30,856 bases of DNA from a virus: positions 1 through 30,856 of IMG/VR virus record IMGVR_UViG_3300000116_000003. One strand, 5' to 3'. Made by a program: the position numbers and the translations under genes. Below the pieces are notes generated by a model that was not told the origin of the DNA, ran no database searches, and worked only from the letters and a program-made list of their open reading frames with translations. How positions within the stretch are numbered: position 1 is the first letter of the stretch; each line of letters opens with the position of its first letter. Positions 1-8,469 of the stretch are shown here, piece after piece.

Positions 1-105
1 AAATTATAAATATGCTTTTCAGTATCGCCTTTATCCTCTTTTTTACCTAAGTAATCTATTTTTAAATCAAATTTCATTTTTTTTGCTTTATTATAATATA
101 TATAT
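1..105. repeat. Terminal direct repeat, copy 1 (identical to 30752..30856)
   Basis: Bases 1-105 read identically to 30752-30856. Bases 1..77 duplicate the 5' part of the minus-strand ORF 30658..30828. Confidence 0.9.
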
Positions 106-193
106 ATATTTTAAAATATAATTTAAATATAATAATTATATATTAATATACTATTATTTAAACTTTTAAAGTATATTATTATATATATATATA
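78..193. other. Extreme AT-rich non-coding hub between the last late gene and the first early gene (candidate early promoter, origin or packaging region)
   Basis: 116 nt with only 5 G/C (85, 86, 151, 163, 171). (TA)7 tracts at 96..109 and 180..193. AAATATAAT at 114..122 and 125..133, in 11-nt phase. It is one of the few gaps over 100 nt without a convincing ORF. Confidence 0.5.
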
Positions 194-643
194 CTACTTA
201 GTGATTTTTTTATATTTTTCAAATCCTCTGCTACCAAAGTATGCAACGTAGATTGTAACTAACAGAGTTTTAAGTAACTCTATCCACGCTTGGTCTATGT
301 CAAACGCTATATTTAAACTATCAAGCACAATGTAAATCGTAGTCGCAAGGGTAAGATATATCAGCGTTAAAGGTCTTACGTTCTTACTTAACCAACTATC
401 AGAAGCCATATCAGAACTCCAACGCTTACTTACTTCCTGAATCTCCATAGAATCCATTTCAAGCAGTTTTAAGGCAGTTTCTTTGTCTTGTGGGGTAAGT
501 GTATCATCTTTTGCTATAAGTCGCTTAAACACGCCTAAAACGCCATTGTCGGGCAATATATCGCCTACTCCATCGCCAAGCGTAGAACCTACTGATGTTA
601 AGAATCTACCTACTTTCGTGTCCTTAAACTTCTTTTTACTCAT
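194..643 (-). CDS. Holin-like membrane protein (two C-terminal TM helices)
   Basis: Hydrophilic N-terminal half, then hydrophobic helices RPLTLIYLTLATTIYIVLDSL and WIELLKTLLVTIYVAYFGS with a basic C-terminus. Last gene of the lysis cassette, next to the peptidase. Confidence 0.5.
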   Translation of the reverse strand: MSKKKFKDTKVGRFLTSVGSTLGDGVGDILPDNGVLGVFKRLIAKDDTLTPQDKETALKLLEMDSMEIQEVSKRWSSDMASDSWLSKNVRPLTLIYLTLATTIYIVLDSLNIAFDIDQAWIELLKTLLVTIYVAYFGSRGFEKYKKITK

Positions 644-771
644 GCTTTCTAAATTGTAATTGAATGAAAAAAAGGTATATATTTAATTCGTTATAGTTAT
701 ATCCCTTAGTTGCAGGATAATAAGATATACCTGTTATAAACGAGGTGGGAAATAATAGTATAATTGAAAAA

Positions 772-1143
772 CTACGCATAAGTCCAAATTACTTCTTTAG
801 CTTTGTCTTTGTCAATGTCAACGTGGATAAATGTATTACCTACGCCTATGCGTGTAAACCCTACGTCTAACAAGCAGTTGATTAAGTGATACCTATCCAC
901 TGAGTTGTTACAAGCTATATCAACAGCTAAACCTTTACAATGTGAGCTATTAGGCGATGCTTTATATCCCCTCGCTGCTAAAGATTCATTATATTCTTTT
1001 GTGCGATATCCTGAGTTGATACGAATGGGCTTATCAAACTTATCTCTTACTTGGTCTAACATCTCTAAGATATCAGTGTGCATTTTCTTACCGCTTCCCA
1101 CTTCATCAGGGCTATCAAATTCTGTATAAGTAAAGTATTTCAT
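772..1143 (-). CDS. Peptidase M15 family (zinc D-Ala-D-Ala carboxypeptidase-like) endolysin
   Basis: Motifs INSGYRT, SSHCKGLAVD and FIHVD fit the H-x-D...H zinc ligand pattern of M15 cell-wall peptidases. The start is moved to the ATG at 1143 (MKYFTYTEF); the track start at 1176 is a GTG. Confidence 0.8.
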   Translation of the reverse strand: MKYFTYTEFDSPDEVGSGKKMHTDILEMLDQVRDKFDKPIRINSGYRTKEYNESLAARGYKASPNSSHCKGLAVDIACNNSVDRYHLINCLLDVGFTRIGVGNTFIHVDIDKDKAKEVIWTYA

Positions 1144-1184
1144 ATTAACACAATCCACAATGTATGCAAAATTCACACATAATT

Positions 1185-1505
1185 TTATATTTTATCTATT
1201 ACTTTTTGTATCTCGTTTATATCTAAGTTTAATTTAAAACTAAGGTCAGCAGCCCATTGGCGTACAGGTCTGCCTTTGTGATATATGATAACAACAGGTA
1301 CAGTCTGCACTTGCTTTTTAAAATTATCGTTTTGATCCTCAAGCCAAGCAAATTGCACTTCACACCCTATTAAATTATTAAGATCTATATTGTGTTGTTT
1401 ATTCCATTGTGAATTAACTTGTAATACTGTAATATCTGCTTTTACCACTTCTCCTAAAGAAGTAGGGCTGAATAGTAAAAACGCTAAGACAATTAAAGTT
1501 CTCAT
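1185..1505 (-). CDS. Secreted thioredoxin-fold-like protein with a degenerate active site
   Basis: N-terminal signal peptide MRTLIVLAFLLFSPTSLG/E. LQVNSQWNKQH stands where thioredoxins carry WCxxC, and VPVVIIYHKGRPV resembles the cis-Pro/beta region. ATGA overlap with the upstream gene. Confidence 0.4.
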   Translation of the reverse strand: MRTLIVLAFLLFSPTSLGEVVKADITVLQVNSQWNKQHNIDLNNLIGCEVQFAWLEDQNDNFKKQVQTVPVVIIYHKGRPVRQWAADLSFKLNLDINEIQKVIDKI

Positions 1506-1774
1506 CTTAATTCATATACACGCTGCTCAATCAGTTCAAGTTTCTCAAAGTTCTTTTCTATCAGCTCACGATTATTCATAATCTCTGAACGTATGGCGTT
1601 ATCTTTCAGGTCGTACTCTTGTCGAGATATTACAGGTTCAGGTAATTCCATAGCTTGTTTTATCTGTGCTTTTAAGCTAAAGTAAAACGCTGTTGCTGTG
1701 CTAATAGCTACTGCAAGAGATACAATAGTTTCTATGCTCATACTAAACTTGGTATCTTTCGACAATTCTGACAT
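1502..1774 (-). CDS. Type-II membrane protein with a coiled-coil ectodomain (spanin- or holin-like lysis accessory)
   Basis: Start reassigned to the internal ATG at 1774 (MSELSKDTKF...), 4 nt after the upstream stop. TM segment IVSLAVAISTATAFYFSL is followed by a charged heptad-like tail. The track start at 1855 would overlap 1779..2141 by 77 nt. Confidence 0.45.
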   Translation of the reverse strand: MSELSKDTKFSMSIETIVSLAVAISTATAFYFSLKAQIKQAMELPEPVISRQEYDLKDNAIRSEIMNNRELIEKNFEKLELIEQRVYELR

Positions 1775-1778
1775 CTTT

Positions 1779-2141
1779 CTATTCGTTAAAATTCCACCCT
1801 GCAAATGTGTGTACTCCGTTTCCTTCGACAGATACCTCTTTGCTTGACCACCCATAAGGATAGCTTACAGTAGATTCGCCATCTTCGTCAACTTCTGTAA
1901 TCTCACTTGCTTTCCAAAGTACATCAACCGAATACATATCAGACGCTACGCCTTCTGTTTCTACTTCTCCCTCTTCATTGTAGGTAGGTTCAGTAGTCCA
2001 CAAATAACCGAGCTTCACAACTGTATGAGTGTGTGATGGGCTTTCGTTCCCTTCCTCATCGGTTACTGATGGCAAAGCAGCTAATCTTGTTTCAGCTTGA
2101 CTTTGACTGTCAAATTCATATTTCTTAAATATATACTTCAT
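1779..2141 (-). CDS. Hypothetical acidic protein downstream of the fibre genes
   Basis: 120-aa ORF in the operon frame. No motif recognised. Confidence 0.5.
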   Translation of the reverse strand: MKYIFKKYEFDSQSQAETRLAALPSVTDEEGNESPSHTHTVVKLGYLWTTEPTYNEEGEVETEGVASDMYSVDVLWKASEITEVDEDGESTVSYPYGWSSKEVSVEGNGVHTFAGWNFNE

Positions 2142-2151
2142 TTTAATTTAA

Positions 2152-3396
2152 TTAACTTGTTAATGTTTGTAATTCGCTATCGCTTAGTGCTTCGTTAAAT
2201 ACTATTAGTTGTTTTACTTTTCCGTAGAAATCATTACTGCCATCTCCTAAATCAAATGCAAGTTCTTTCAGCCCTGTTGGTGCAGTACCACTTGTATCTG
2301 TAGCTACTTGCGTACCATTTACGAATAATCTAAAATCATTGTCTTTGTATAATAACGCTATTTTATTAAAGTCTAAAACATCGTAAGCATCTGTAAAAAT
2401 AGACGCTTGTGTTACAGACGAAGTTCTTGCATTGTATTGTATCCTATCATCAGTTGTAGCTAATCTAAGTTCAATTCTATTTGCATCTGTACTATCACTT
2501 ATACTTATAGACCTATTTGTACCATCGTTAGCCAAAGCAGCAATCTCTGCATATAGCACACCTTCGCTGTCGTTAAACTCTGCACTTGTACCTGAATCAT
2601 TGCAAATATCGGCTGAGCGGGTTACAGTTGCATTTGTAGGTGTGTGTATATACGAAGACGGAAAACTACTCTCTTCCATCATAGCACCCCATAGATATAT
2701 ATTTTTATTGCCATTCATTACTACGTTTGGTGTGTTATCAGCTTCGTTTGCTCTAATAACTAAAGTACCTGCAACGTCTGTTGACAATGTAAATGTAATA
2801 GAACATCGATACCACCCATTACCATAGTTTGTAATTTTAGCTGTGTGCTGACTATCAATCGTACCTAAAGCACCACTATCTAAGTCAAAGTAACTTGTGC
2901 TATTTGATGGCGTAGTAAAGTTTTCTGTTCTTAAAGCAACATAGTTTATAGTACCCTTTTTAGCAAACACACTAAAAGTATAAGTGCCACTTGAAGTCAA
3001 AGAAAATATATTATCAAAGATTTGTACAACTCCTGTACCACTATTATTGTCATTTAATTTATCTGCTGTTAAATTACCATCAGGCGATATAATTTGGTCT
3101 GCTGTAACCAACGAACCTGACTTACTCCAAGCTGCGTTACTAAACTCCTCTGAATATACTTGTAGGTTTTGTCTTTGTGGCTCTAAAAGCAAATGAGAGC
3201 AATCTATATTACCTGTGTAGTCTAATCGTGGTACATTAGCAGCTACTGTTTCTATGAGTCCATCTTTGTTTACTCTTGTTGCTGTTGAACCTCTTGTGTG
3301 CGTAAAATCTCCGTTACCATTAACAGGTAAGACAGAATATAGTGTGCCGTCATTTACACCACTTGGTATTAACGCTATTGATGCTTTATCGTACAT
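2152..3396 (-). CDS. Tail fibre / receptor-binding protein paralog 3 (core only)
   Basis: Shares these blocks with the two upstream genes: DF(S/T)xGS(T/S)ATRVN, LLLEPQxxNL, GWYR(C), SYIxT, EGVLYAEIA, and a LamG/ConA-like C-terminus ending FNEALSDSELQTLTS. Confidence 0.7.
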   Translation of the reverse strand: MYDKASIALIPSGVNDGTLYSVLPVNGNGDFTHTRGSTATRVNKDGLIETVAANVPRLDYTGNIDCSHLLLEPQRQNLQVYSEEFSNAAWSKSGSLVTADQIISPDGNLTADKLNDNNSGTGVVQIFDNIFSLTSSGTYTFSVFAKKGTINYVALRTENFTTPSNSTSYFDLDSGALGTIDSQHTAKITNYGNGWYRCSITFTLSTDVAGTLVIRANEADNTPNVVMNGNKNIYLWGAMMEESSFPSSYIHTPTNATVTRSADICNDSGTSAEFNDSEGVLYAEIAALANDGTNRSISISDSTDANRIELRLATTDDRIQYNARTSSVTQASIFTDAYDVLDFNKIALLYKDNDFRLFVNGTQVATDTSGTAPTGLKELAFDLGDGSNDFYGKVKQLIVFNEALSDSELQTLTS

Positions 3397-3397
3397 A

Positions 3398-5380
3398 CTA
3401 ACTTGTTAATTTTTCTAATTGTTCGTCTGTAAGAGCTTCTGTAAATACTTGTACGTTTCTTACTTTGCCTTCAAATGGAAAGTTCTCAATTCCGTTGTTA
3501 AAATTTAGTTTATTCAAAACTCCACTTGCAAAGGTTGAACCGCTTAAATCCTCGTGTATTTGCACACCATTTACCCACCAAGCAAAATCATCTTGTTTCC
3601 ATTTAATAGCAATCTTATTAAATTGTTTTACATTTGTTAACGATTGTGTTGAAGACATAACACTTACTCCTGAAACATTTATAAACGCTTTAATTTGATT
3701 TGAAACAGGTCTATTTTCAAAAGCAACCATATTATCGTTACTTCCATCGTTTATAGATATTGTTCTATATGTTCCTGTATCACTTAAATAAGCAATCTCC
3801 GCATACAATACTCCTTCCTCTGAATTAAAGTCTTGTGCAGAGCCACTATTATTGCATACGTCTGCATTACGAGTTGATGTCGCACCTGTGGTGGGTATGT
3901 AGCTTGTTGCGTATGATAGTGCTTCTACTTGTGTACCCCATACATAATAAGAACCTGTCCCTGTCGAATTAGGTAATCTTGAAGTAGCATCGTCATCAAG
4001 CACAGCTATAACCATATTTATTGGAGTTCCTGCACTTGATAAAGTAGCAGTACATTTATACCAACCGCTTCCGTAATCTTCTATTGTAGCAGTACAATCT
4101 AAAACATTACCTACCACACCATTTTGAATGTCAAAATTAGCATAATGAGATGTGCCGCCACTTAATAACTGTATCCATTGTCTTGAATGATACTTAAAAA
4201 ATACTGATTGAGTATGAATACTTGAAGTTGTAGAAATTGATTTGTAAATAAATTTAGTTGCTGAAACACCATTGTTTATATTTATAAAACCGCTTTCACT
4301 TTCACCGCTTGGGTTTGTTTGTGTAACGTTAGATGGAGTATCTATATTTGTTGTATTTCTTGTCCATTGACTAAAATCTTCTGAATACGTTACAAGATTT
4401 GTAGACTGTGGCTCTAAGAGTAGATGCCCTTTAGTGTCATTAGTAAAGTCTATTCTTGGCGTGTCTGTTTGTATTTCTTGTACTATAATGTCTGTGATTG
4501 TACCACTAAAAGGGTCTGAGTTTCTACCATCAAATTCAATGCTTTTAGATGTAGTGGTTATAATGTCAGTATATGTGCCGCTTGCTGTTTTCCATTCTTT
4601 TTCCTGACCCGACATATAAACAGCTACCTGACCTGAGTCAACAGTTAAAGTATATCTTATTCTTAATGTTCTACTTGTATTGTCAGGAAATATCTGTTGT
4701 TCAGATTCTGTGTCGCTATTATCTCCTATTACTTTACTATCTCCTACTGTCCAATCAGTACCTAAAGTCCAATAATCATTAGGGTCAACTTGCTTTACAG
4801 ATACGTTGTCTATTAATATGTCAGTATCTCCACCGCCTTTTCTGTTTATAACAAAAGCTGTGCCTGCTGCCTTAAAGTAAAAAGTGTGATGCCCTGTTGA
4901 ATTGACATATCCTATTGTAGCAGCGGCAGTAGCGTCGTTTAATTTTAAGCCCTCTACGTTACCACTATTTACAACAGCATCTAACTCTACTTTATATATT
5001 TTGCCAATAGTAAATATGGTTTGCTTTATTTGTATAGACGCTGTATCATTAGATACTATTCTTGCGTAAGTACCATCTTGCGTAACATAGTTATTTGCAT
5101 CTTCATTCACTACAGTCCAACTATCAGGATTGTCAGCAGTCCAATTTTCAAAGCTACCATTGGTAACAAGCTCTGACCCTAACTCACTAAAATCTCCGTT
5201 GTTTACTATGTTAGGTTGAATACCTGCTGTTTTAATTAAGCCATCTTTAGCTACATAGGTTGCAGACGTACCCCTTGAAAAGTCAAACTCTTTGTTAAAG
5301 AATAAACCACTATTGTCGTTATATGCTAATAGCTTATCTTCTTTTACTGCCCAATTACCGTTTCCTAATTTTACTGCCAT
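3398..5380 (-). CDS. Tail fibre / receptor-binding protein paralog 2 (core plus about 2 N-terminal jelly-roll/CBM-like modules)
   Basis: Carries ELVTNGSFE...LIDNVSVKQV modules. Has the same C-terminal core as 2152..3396 and 5382..7919 (LLLEPQSTNLVTYSEDFS, EGVLYAEIA, FTEALTDEQLEKLTS). Confidence 0.7.
   Translation of the reverse strand: MAVKLGNGNWAVKEDKLLAYNDNSGLFFNKEFDFSRGTSATYVAKDGLIKTAGIQPNIVNNGDFSELGSELVTNGSFENWTADNPDSWTVVNEDANNYVTQDGTYARIVSNDTASIQIKQTIFTIGKIYKVELDAVVNSGNVEGLKLNDATAAATIGYVNSTGHHTFYFKAAGTAFVINRKGGGDTDILIDNVSVKQVDPNDYWTLGTDWTVGDSKVIGDNSDTESEQQIFPDNTSRTLRIRYTLTVDSGQVAVYMSGQEKEWKTASGTYTDIITTTSKSIEFDGRNSDPFSGTITDIIVQEIQTDTPRIDFTNDTKGHLLLEPQSTNLVTYSEDFSQWTRNTTNIDTPSNVTQTNPSGESESGFININNGVSATKFIYKSISTTSSIHTQSVFFKYHSRQWIQLLSGGTSHYANFDIQNGVVGNVLDCTATIEDYGSGWYKCTATLSSAGTPINMVIAVLDDDATSRLPNSTGTGSYYVWGTQVEALSYATSYIPTTGATSTRNADVCNNSGSAQDFNSEEGVLYAEIAYLSDTGTYRTISINDGSNDNMVAFENRPVSNQIKAFINVSGVSVMSSTQSLTNVKQFNKIAIKWKQDDFAWWVNGVQIHEDLSGSTFASGVLNKLNFNNGIENFPFEGKVRNVQVFTEALTDEQLEKLTS
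4371..4417. repeat. 47-nt near-identical segment shared with 6406..6452 (45/47)
   Basis: ctaaaatcttctgaatacgttacaagatttgtaGActgtggctctaa versus ...gtaCTctgtggctctaa. It encodes LEPQSTNLVTYSEDFS in both fibre paralogs. Confidence 0.85.
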
Positions 5381-5381
5381 T

Positions 5382-7919
5382 TTATATAATTGTATAGTTG
5401 TTTGCTTCTGCTAATAGTCTAAAAGATTCGTAACCTTCGCCTGTTAGTCTTTCGAGTAAATCATTACTTAATGCTTCTTTAAATACTGCTACGCATTTTG
5501 TTTTGCTATGGAAATCTAACTGACCATCACCCCTATCAAATGCTAACTCATTTAAACCTGTTGGTAAATTAAAAGATGTAATAGTATTTCCTATTTGAGT
5601 ACCATCAACAAACATTTTAAATTCAGATGATTTATATGATATTGCAACTTTATAAAATTGCTTAAATTGTATGTTTGTAAAATCAATATCCTCAACTGAA
5701 CCACCACCTTTAATTTCTCCTCTAATTTTATTTGTATTGTTTAAATATATTATTTTGAGATAATTACTTGTTGAGCTATCTGAAGCTGTAATGTTTTGAT
5801 TATTTCCTACGTTTCCTTGAATAGCAATCTCTGCATATAGCACACCTTCACTATCATTAAACAAGTCAGCATTACCGCTATTATTTGCTTCCTCATCAGA
5901 GCGAGTTACTGTTGAACCGCTTGTTGGTATGTAGGAAGTTGGGTAGCTTCCTGCTTCTGCTTGAGCGCCCCAAATATACAATCCATCAGTATTATTAGAC
6001 ATTGCCCAATTTTCAAGCCAAGTAGCATTAGTTCCCGATACTAAAGAAATATAAAATGAATTATACCTATCATCTGAAGTAACACTTAATCTATACCATC
6101 CACTACCAAGTTCTTCAATTTTAGCATTAGAAAAATCAGACCCAACTGTTCCAACTAAACCATCTTGTAAATCAAAATTAACATATTGGTTTGTAGTATT
6201 TACCGATGCTATTTGTAAGTATCTTAATTCTTTTGCTTTTGCAAAAATACTATAAGAGCCATCAACAGTACCACTTAAAGTTTTTCTTATATGATGTCTT
6301 GACAAAATGGTGTTACCTTTTATTAAAGTAGCTTTATTATTACCGTCAGGACTTGTATCACTATCACTTTCAACTGTAACATCATCTTTTGCCCAAGATG
6401 AATTACTAAAATCTTCTGAATACGTTACAAGATTTGTACTCTGTGGCTCTAATAACAAACTGCCTGTACCATCTGTATAATCTATTCTTGGTAAGTCGGT
6501 ATCGTCTGTTACTTCCTTTATAGATACGTTATCTATTGTTAAGTCTGCATCATTTGTTGGTTTTAAGAATAAATCTGCACTCGTAGCAATAAAGTCCTCT
6601 GTTTTTGTGCCTACTGTACTGTAACTTGTAGGGCTGCTTTGTGATATGTTTTCAATACTTCCTGAAGATATTGATACAATATCAAATGTTAATCTATATT
6701 TACTACTTACTGTTAAAACATTTTCTTGGTATATAGTTCTATAAGCACTTACAGTACCGCTATAAACAGCGACACCATCTCCCATATTCCAACCATTTTG
6801 AAACTCCCAATTCTGTCCGACCTCTTTTACTGATACGTTGTCCCAAAACCCATAAGCACCATCATCATAAACATAAAGTCTTAATTGAGTTGATGTAGAT
6901 GTAGCTACAAAAGTAAAATCATAACTTCCGTCAGCATATAAGTTTCTAAATTGTGAGTCTGCATTTGTAAAAAACGCTAATCGACTTGAAGTACCAATAA
7001 AAGCATCTGCTGTTACTTTATATATCTTGCCAACCTCAGTAGTTATGTTTTGTGATGGATAACCACTCCCACCACTAATAGTTACCTTTAACCTGCCGCT
7101 ATCAATGCTTAGAGTTGCATTAGTGTTAGGTGTCCAATTTGTAGTTCCATTAGAAAAATTCCCATTAGTAACAAGTTCACTACCTATCTGCTCAAAGTCT
7201 CCGTTTTGTACAAGCTCTCCACTTAATATCTGTACGTCCTCTACAAGCCCTTGCTCGTTTACTCTTGTAGCACTTGAACCTCTACTAAAGTCAAAGTCGG
7301 CTTCTTGTATTTCTTTTACGCTTACATTGTCTAAATAAAATTCAGTATTTACACCTGCATATCTTGAAAAGTTTATGTCAGTATTTTGTTTTACAGCTAC
7401 TGTTTCTATTGTATAAGTACCACTTTGTGTATATTGTGATTGCACTGATGAATTTCCTGTATCTTTATAATAAACATTTACAGTGCCTTGAATTATATTT
7501 AAAGAAAAAGTGAATTTTAATTTTACACCAACAGGATTTGTTAATGTTTGAGATAATGGATTATGTGTTGAAGTTAAAGAAAAATAAGCACCTTGATTTG
7601 TCCACTGCCAATGATTGTTGGTATCAGTCCAACCACTTAAATCTGTGTCAAACGTACCATTAGTAACAAATTCAGTAGGCAAGACCTGATAAGGCGGTAT
7701 AACAGTATTTAAGCTACCATCTGAATATGCAGTAGGTGTTAAGACTATACTTGCTTTATTGTTTAAGTCTTTTAAGGTCGCATCTGTGCCATCTGAGTTC
7801 TCGTAATAATCAGAATGGTTATATAGCTTATTGGTCGCTGCGTGGTCATAGTACACATCGCCAAAGTCCTCAGCTTTACTTTCTCCCCAATCGCTTCTGT
7901 GATATATTTCGTTTGGCAT
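5382..7919 (-). CDS. Tail fibre / receptor-binding protein paralog 1 (core plus 3 N-terminal jelly-roll/CBM-like modules)
   Basis: Three modules each end in DNVS(V/I)KE(I/V): FYLDNVSVKEIQ, FWDNVSVKEVGQ and TIDNVSIKEVTD. The shared core follows (LLLEPQSTNLVTYSEDFS, GWYRLS, EGVLYAEIA, LamG-like C-terminus). Confidence 0.7.
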   Translation of the reverse strand: MPNEIYHRSDWGESKAEDFGDVYYDHAATNKLYNHSDYYENSDGTDATLKDLNNKASIVLTPTAYSDGSLNTVIPPYQVLPTEFVTNGTFDTDLSGWTDTNNHWQWTNQGAYFSLTSTHNPLSQTLTNPVGVKLKFTFSLNIIQGTVNVYYKDTGNSSVQSQYTQSGTYTIETVAVKQNTDINFSRYAGVNTEFYLDNVSVKEIQEADFDFSRGSSATRVNEQGLVEDVQILSGELVQNGDFEQIGSELVTNGNFSNGTTNWTPNTNATLSIDSGRLKVTISGGSGYPSQNITTEVGKIYKVTADAFIGTSSRLAFFTNADSQFRNLYADGSYDFTFVATSTSTQLRLYVYDDGAYGFWDNVSVKEVGQNWEFQNGWNMGDGVAVYSGTVSAYRTIYQENVLTVSSKYRLTFDIVSISSGSIENISQSSPTSYSTVGTKTEDFIATSADLFLKPTNDADLTIDNVSIKEVTDDTDLPRIDYTDGTGSLLLEPQSTNLVTYSEDFSNSSWAKDDVTVESDSDTSPDGNNKATLIKGNTILSRHHIRKTLSGTVDGSYSIFAKAKELRYLQIASVNTTNQYVNFDLQDGLVGTVGSDFSNAKIEELGSGWYRLSVTSDDRYNSFYISLVSGTNATWLENWAMSNNTDGLYIWGAQAEAGSYPTSYIPTSGSTVTRSDEEANNSGNADLFNDSEGVLYAEIAIQGNVGNNQNITASDSSTSNYLKIIYLNNTNKIRGEIKGGGSVEDIDFTNIQFKQFYKVAISYKSSEFKMFVDGTQIGNTITSFNLPTGLNELAFDRGDGQLDFHSKTKCVAVFKEALSNDLLERLTGEGYESFRLLAEANNYTII
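6406..6452. repeat. 47-nt near-identical segment shared with 4371..4417
   Basis: See 4371..4417. A second patch, agcaatctctgcatatagcacaccttc, is identical at 2539..2565 and 5823..5849. Confidence 0.85.
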
Positions 7920-7967
7920 TTAGAAACTTTTTTAATTTTGTTATATTCTTATCTTTTATTTTATATC

Positions 7968-8468
7968 TCAAAGTACCCATCCGTTAAACAATGAATCATT
8001 ATCAGGAGATACATCAGAGTCAGAGTTGCTATTGTACTCAGGGAATAAATTGCTATTAAAATTCATGTACTCTACAAACCTACGAGTGTAATACTCTGCT
8101 GTGTTTCTCGCTTTCTGTACTAAGTAATCAACTTCTGTTCTACTTGCACTTTCAGCGTTTTCAGATGTATGCTTAAACACCCCACCATTCTTTATTTGAT
8201 AAGCAGCGTAAGGAATGTAATTAACCTGCGCCCACCATATAAGCATAGGTTGAACGTAATCATTAACAAGGTTAAGATAATCCCCTGAAAGCGTACCTGC
8301 GATAATATCTGCACTAATCTTATTGTAAAGGTCTGTACCTAAATAGTTCTGCACCTCAATCTCCTGTGCTATTTTGATAAACTGTACAAACTTGTCAGTA
8401 TCAACATTACCATCGATAATGCTGTTCTTAACAAGGTCTGTACGTGATATAAATAGTGCTGTTGCCAT
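7968..8468 (-). CDS. Putative head-tail connector/adaptor (gp6-like)
   Basis: The N-terminus ISRTDLVKNSIIDGNVDTDKFVQFIKIAQEIEVQNYLG resembles the gp6-like connector signature (l..vK..l.id.d.dD..i..li.aA...ie.y.g). Lies immediately after the portal. Confidence 0.4.
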   Translation of the reverse strand: MATALFISRTDLVKNSIIDGNVDTDKFVQFIKIAQEIEVQNYLGTDLYNKISADIIAGTLSGDYLNLVNDYVQPMLIWWAQVNYIPYAAYQIKNGGVFKHTSENAESASRTEVDYLVQKARNTAEYYTRRFVEYMNFNSNLFPEYNSNSDSDVSPDNDSLFNGWVL

Positions 8469-8469
8469 A

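Noticed and set aside
96-193. (TA)n tracts and short AT repeats as a CRISPR array or tRNA-like element.
   Set aside because: There is no repeat-spacer periodicity and no cloverleaf potential. It is simple-sequence AT DNA. No CRISPR array or tRNA was seen anywhere in the window.
636-779. Possible 47-aa ORF (MRSFSIILLFPTSFITGISYYPATKGYNYNELNIYLFFIQLQFRKHE) spanning the endolysin-holin gap.
   Set aside because: It would overlap both neighbours and lies in very AT-rich sequence, where such ORFs arise by chance. Nothing supports it beyond a hydrophobic N-terminus. It is worth a Ribo-seq look but is not reported as a feature.
1775-1855. N-terminal extension of ORF 1502..1855 (MGGQAKRYLSKETEYTHLQGGILTNRK).
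   Set aside because: It overlaps 1779..2141 by 77 nt in another frame. An ATG at 1774 sits 4 nt after the upstream stop and starts just before the TM segment.
6526-6535. Plus-strand ACGTTATCTA, with similar copies near 4805 and 6836, resembling the promoter 10-mer in the opposite orientation.
   Set aside because: These are the reverse complement of the repeated codons for (I/L)DNVS in the fibre modules. They are imperfect matches and lie inside coding sequence.
2152-7919. A diversity-generating retroelement (template/variable repeat) as the explanation for the repeated fibre segments.
   Set aside because: No reverse transcriptase or accessory gene exists in the genome. The repeats are in-frame paralogous coding blocks, not an adenine-biased TR/VR pair.
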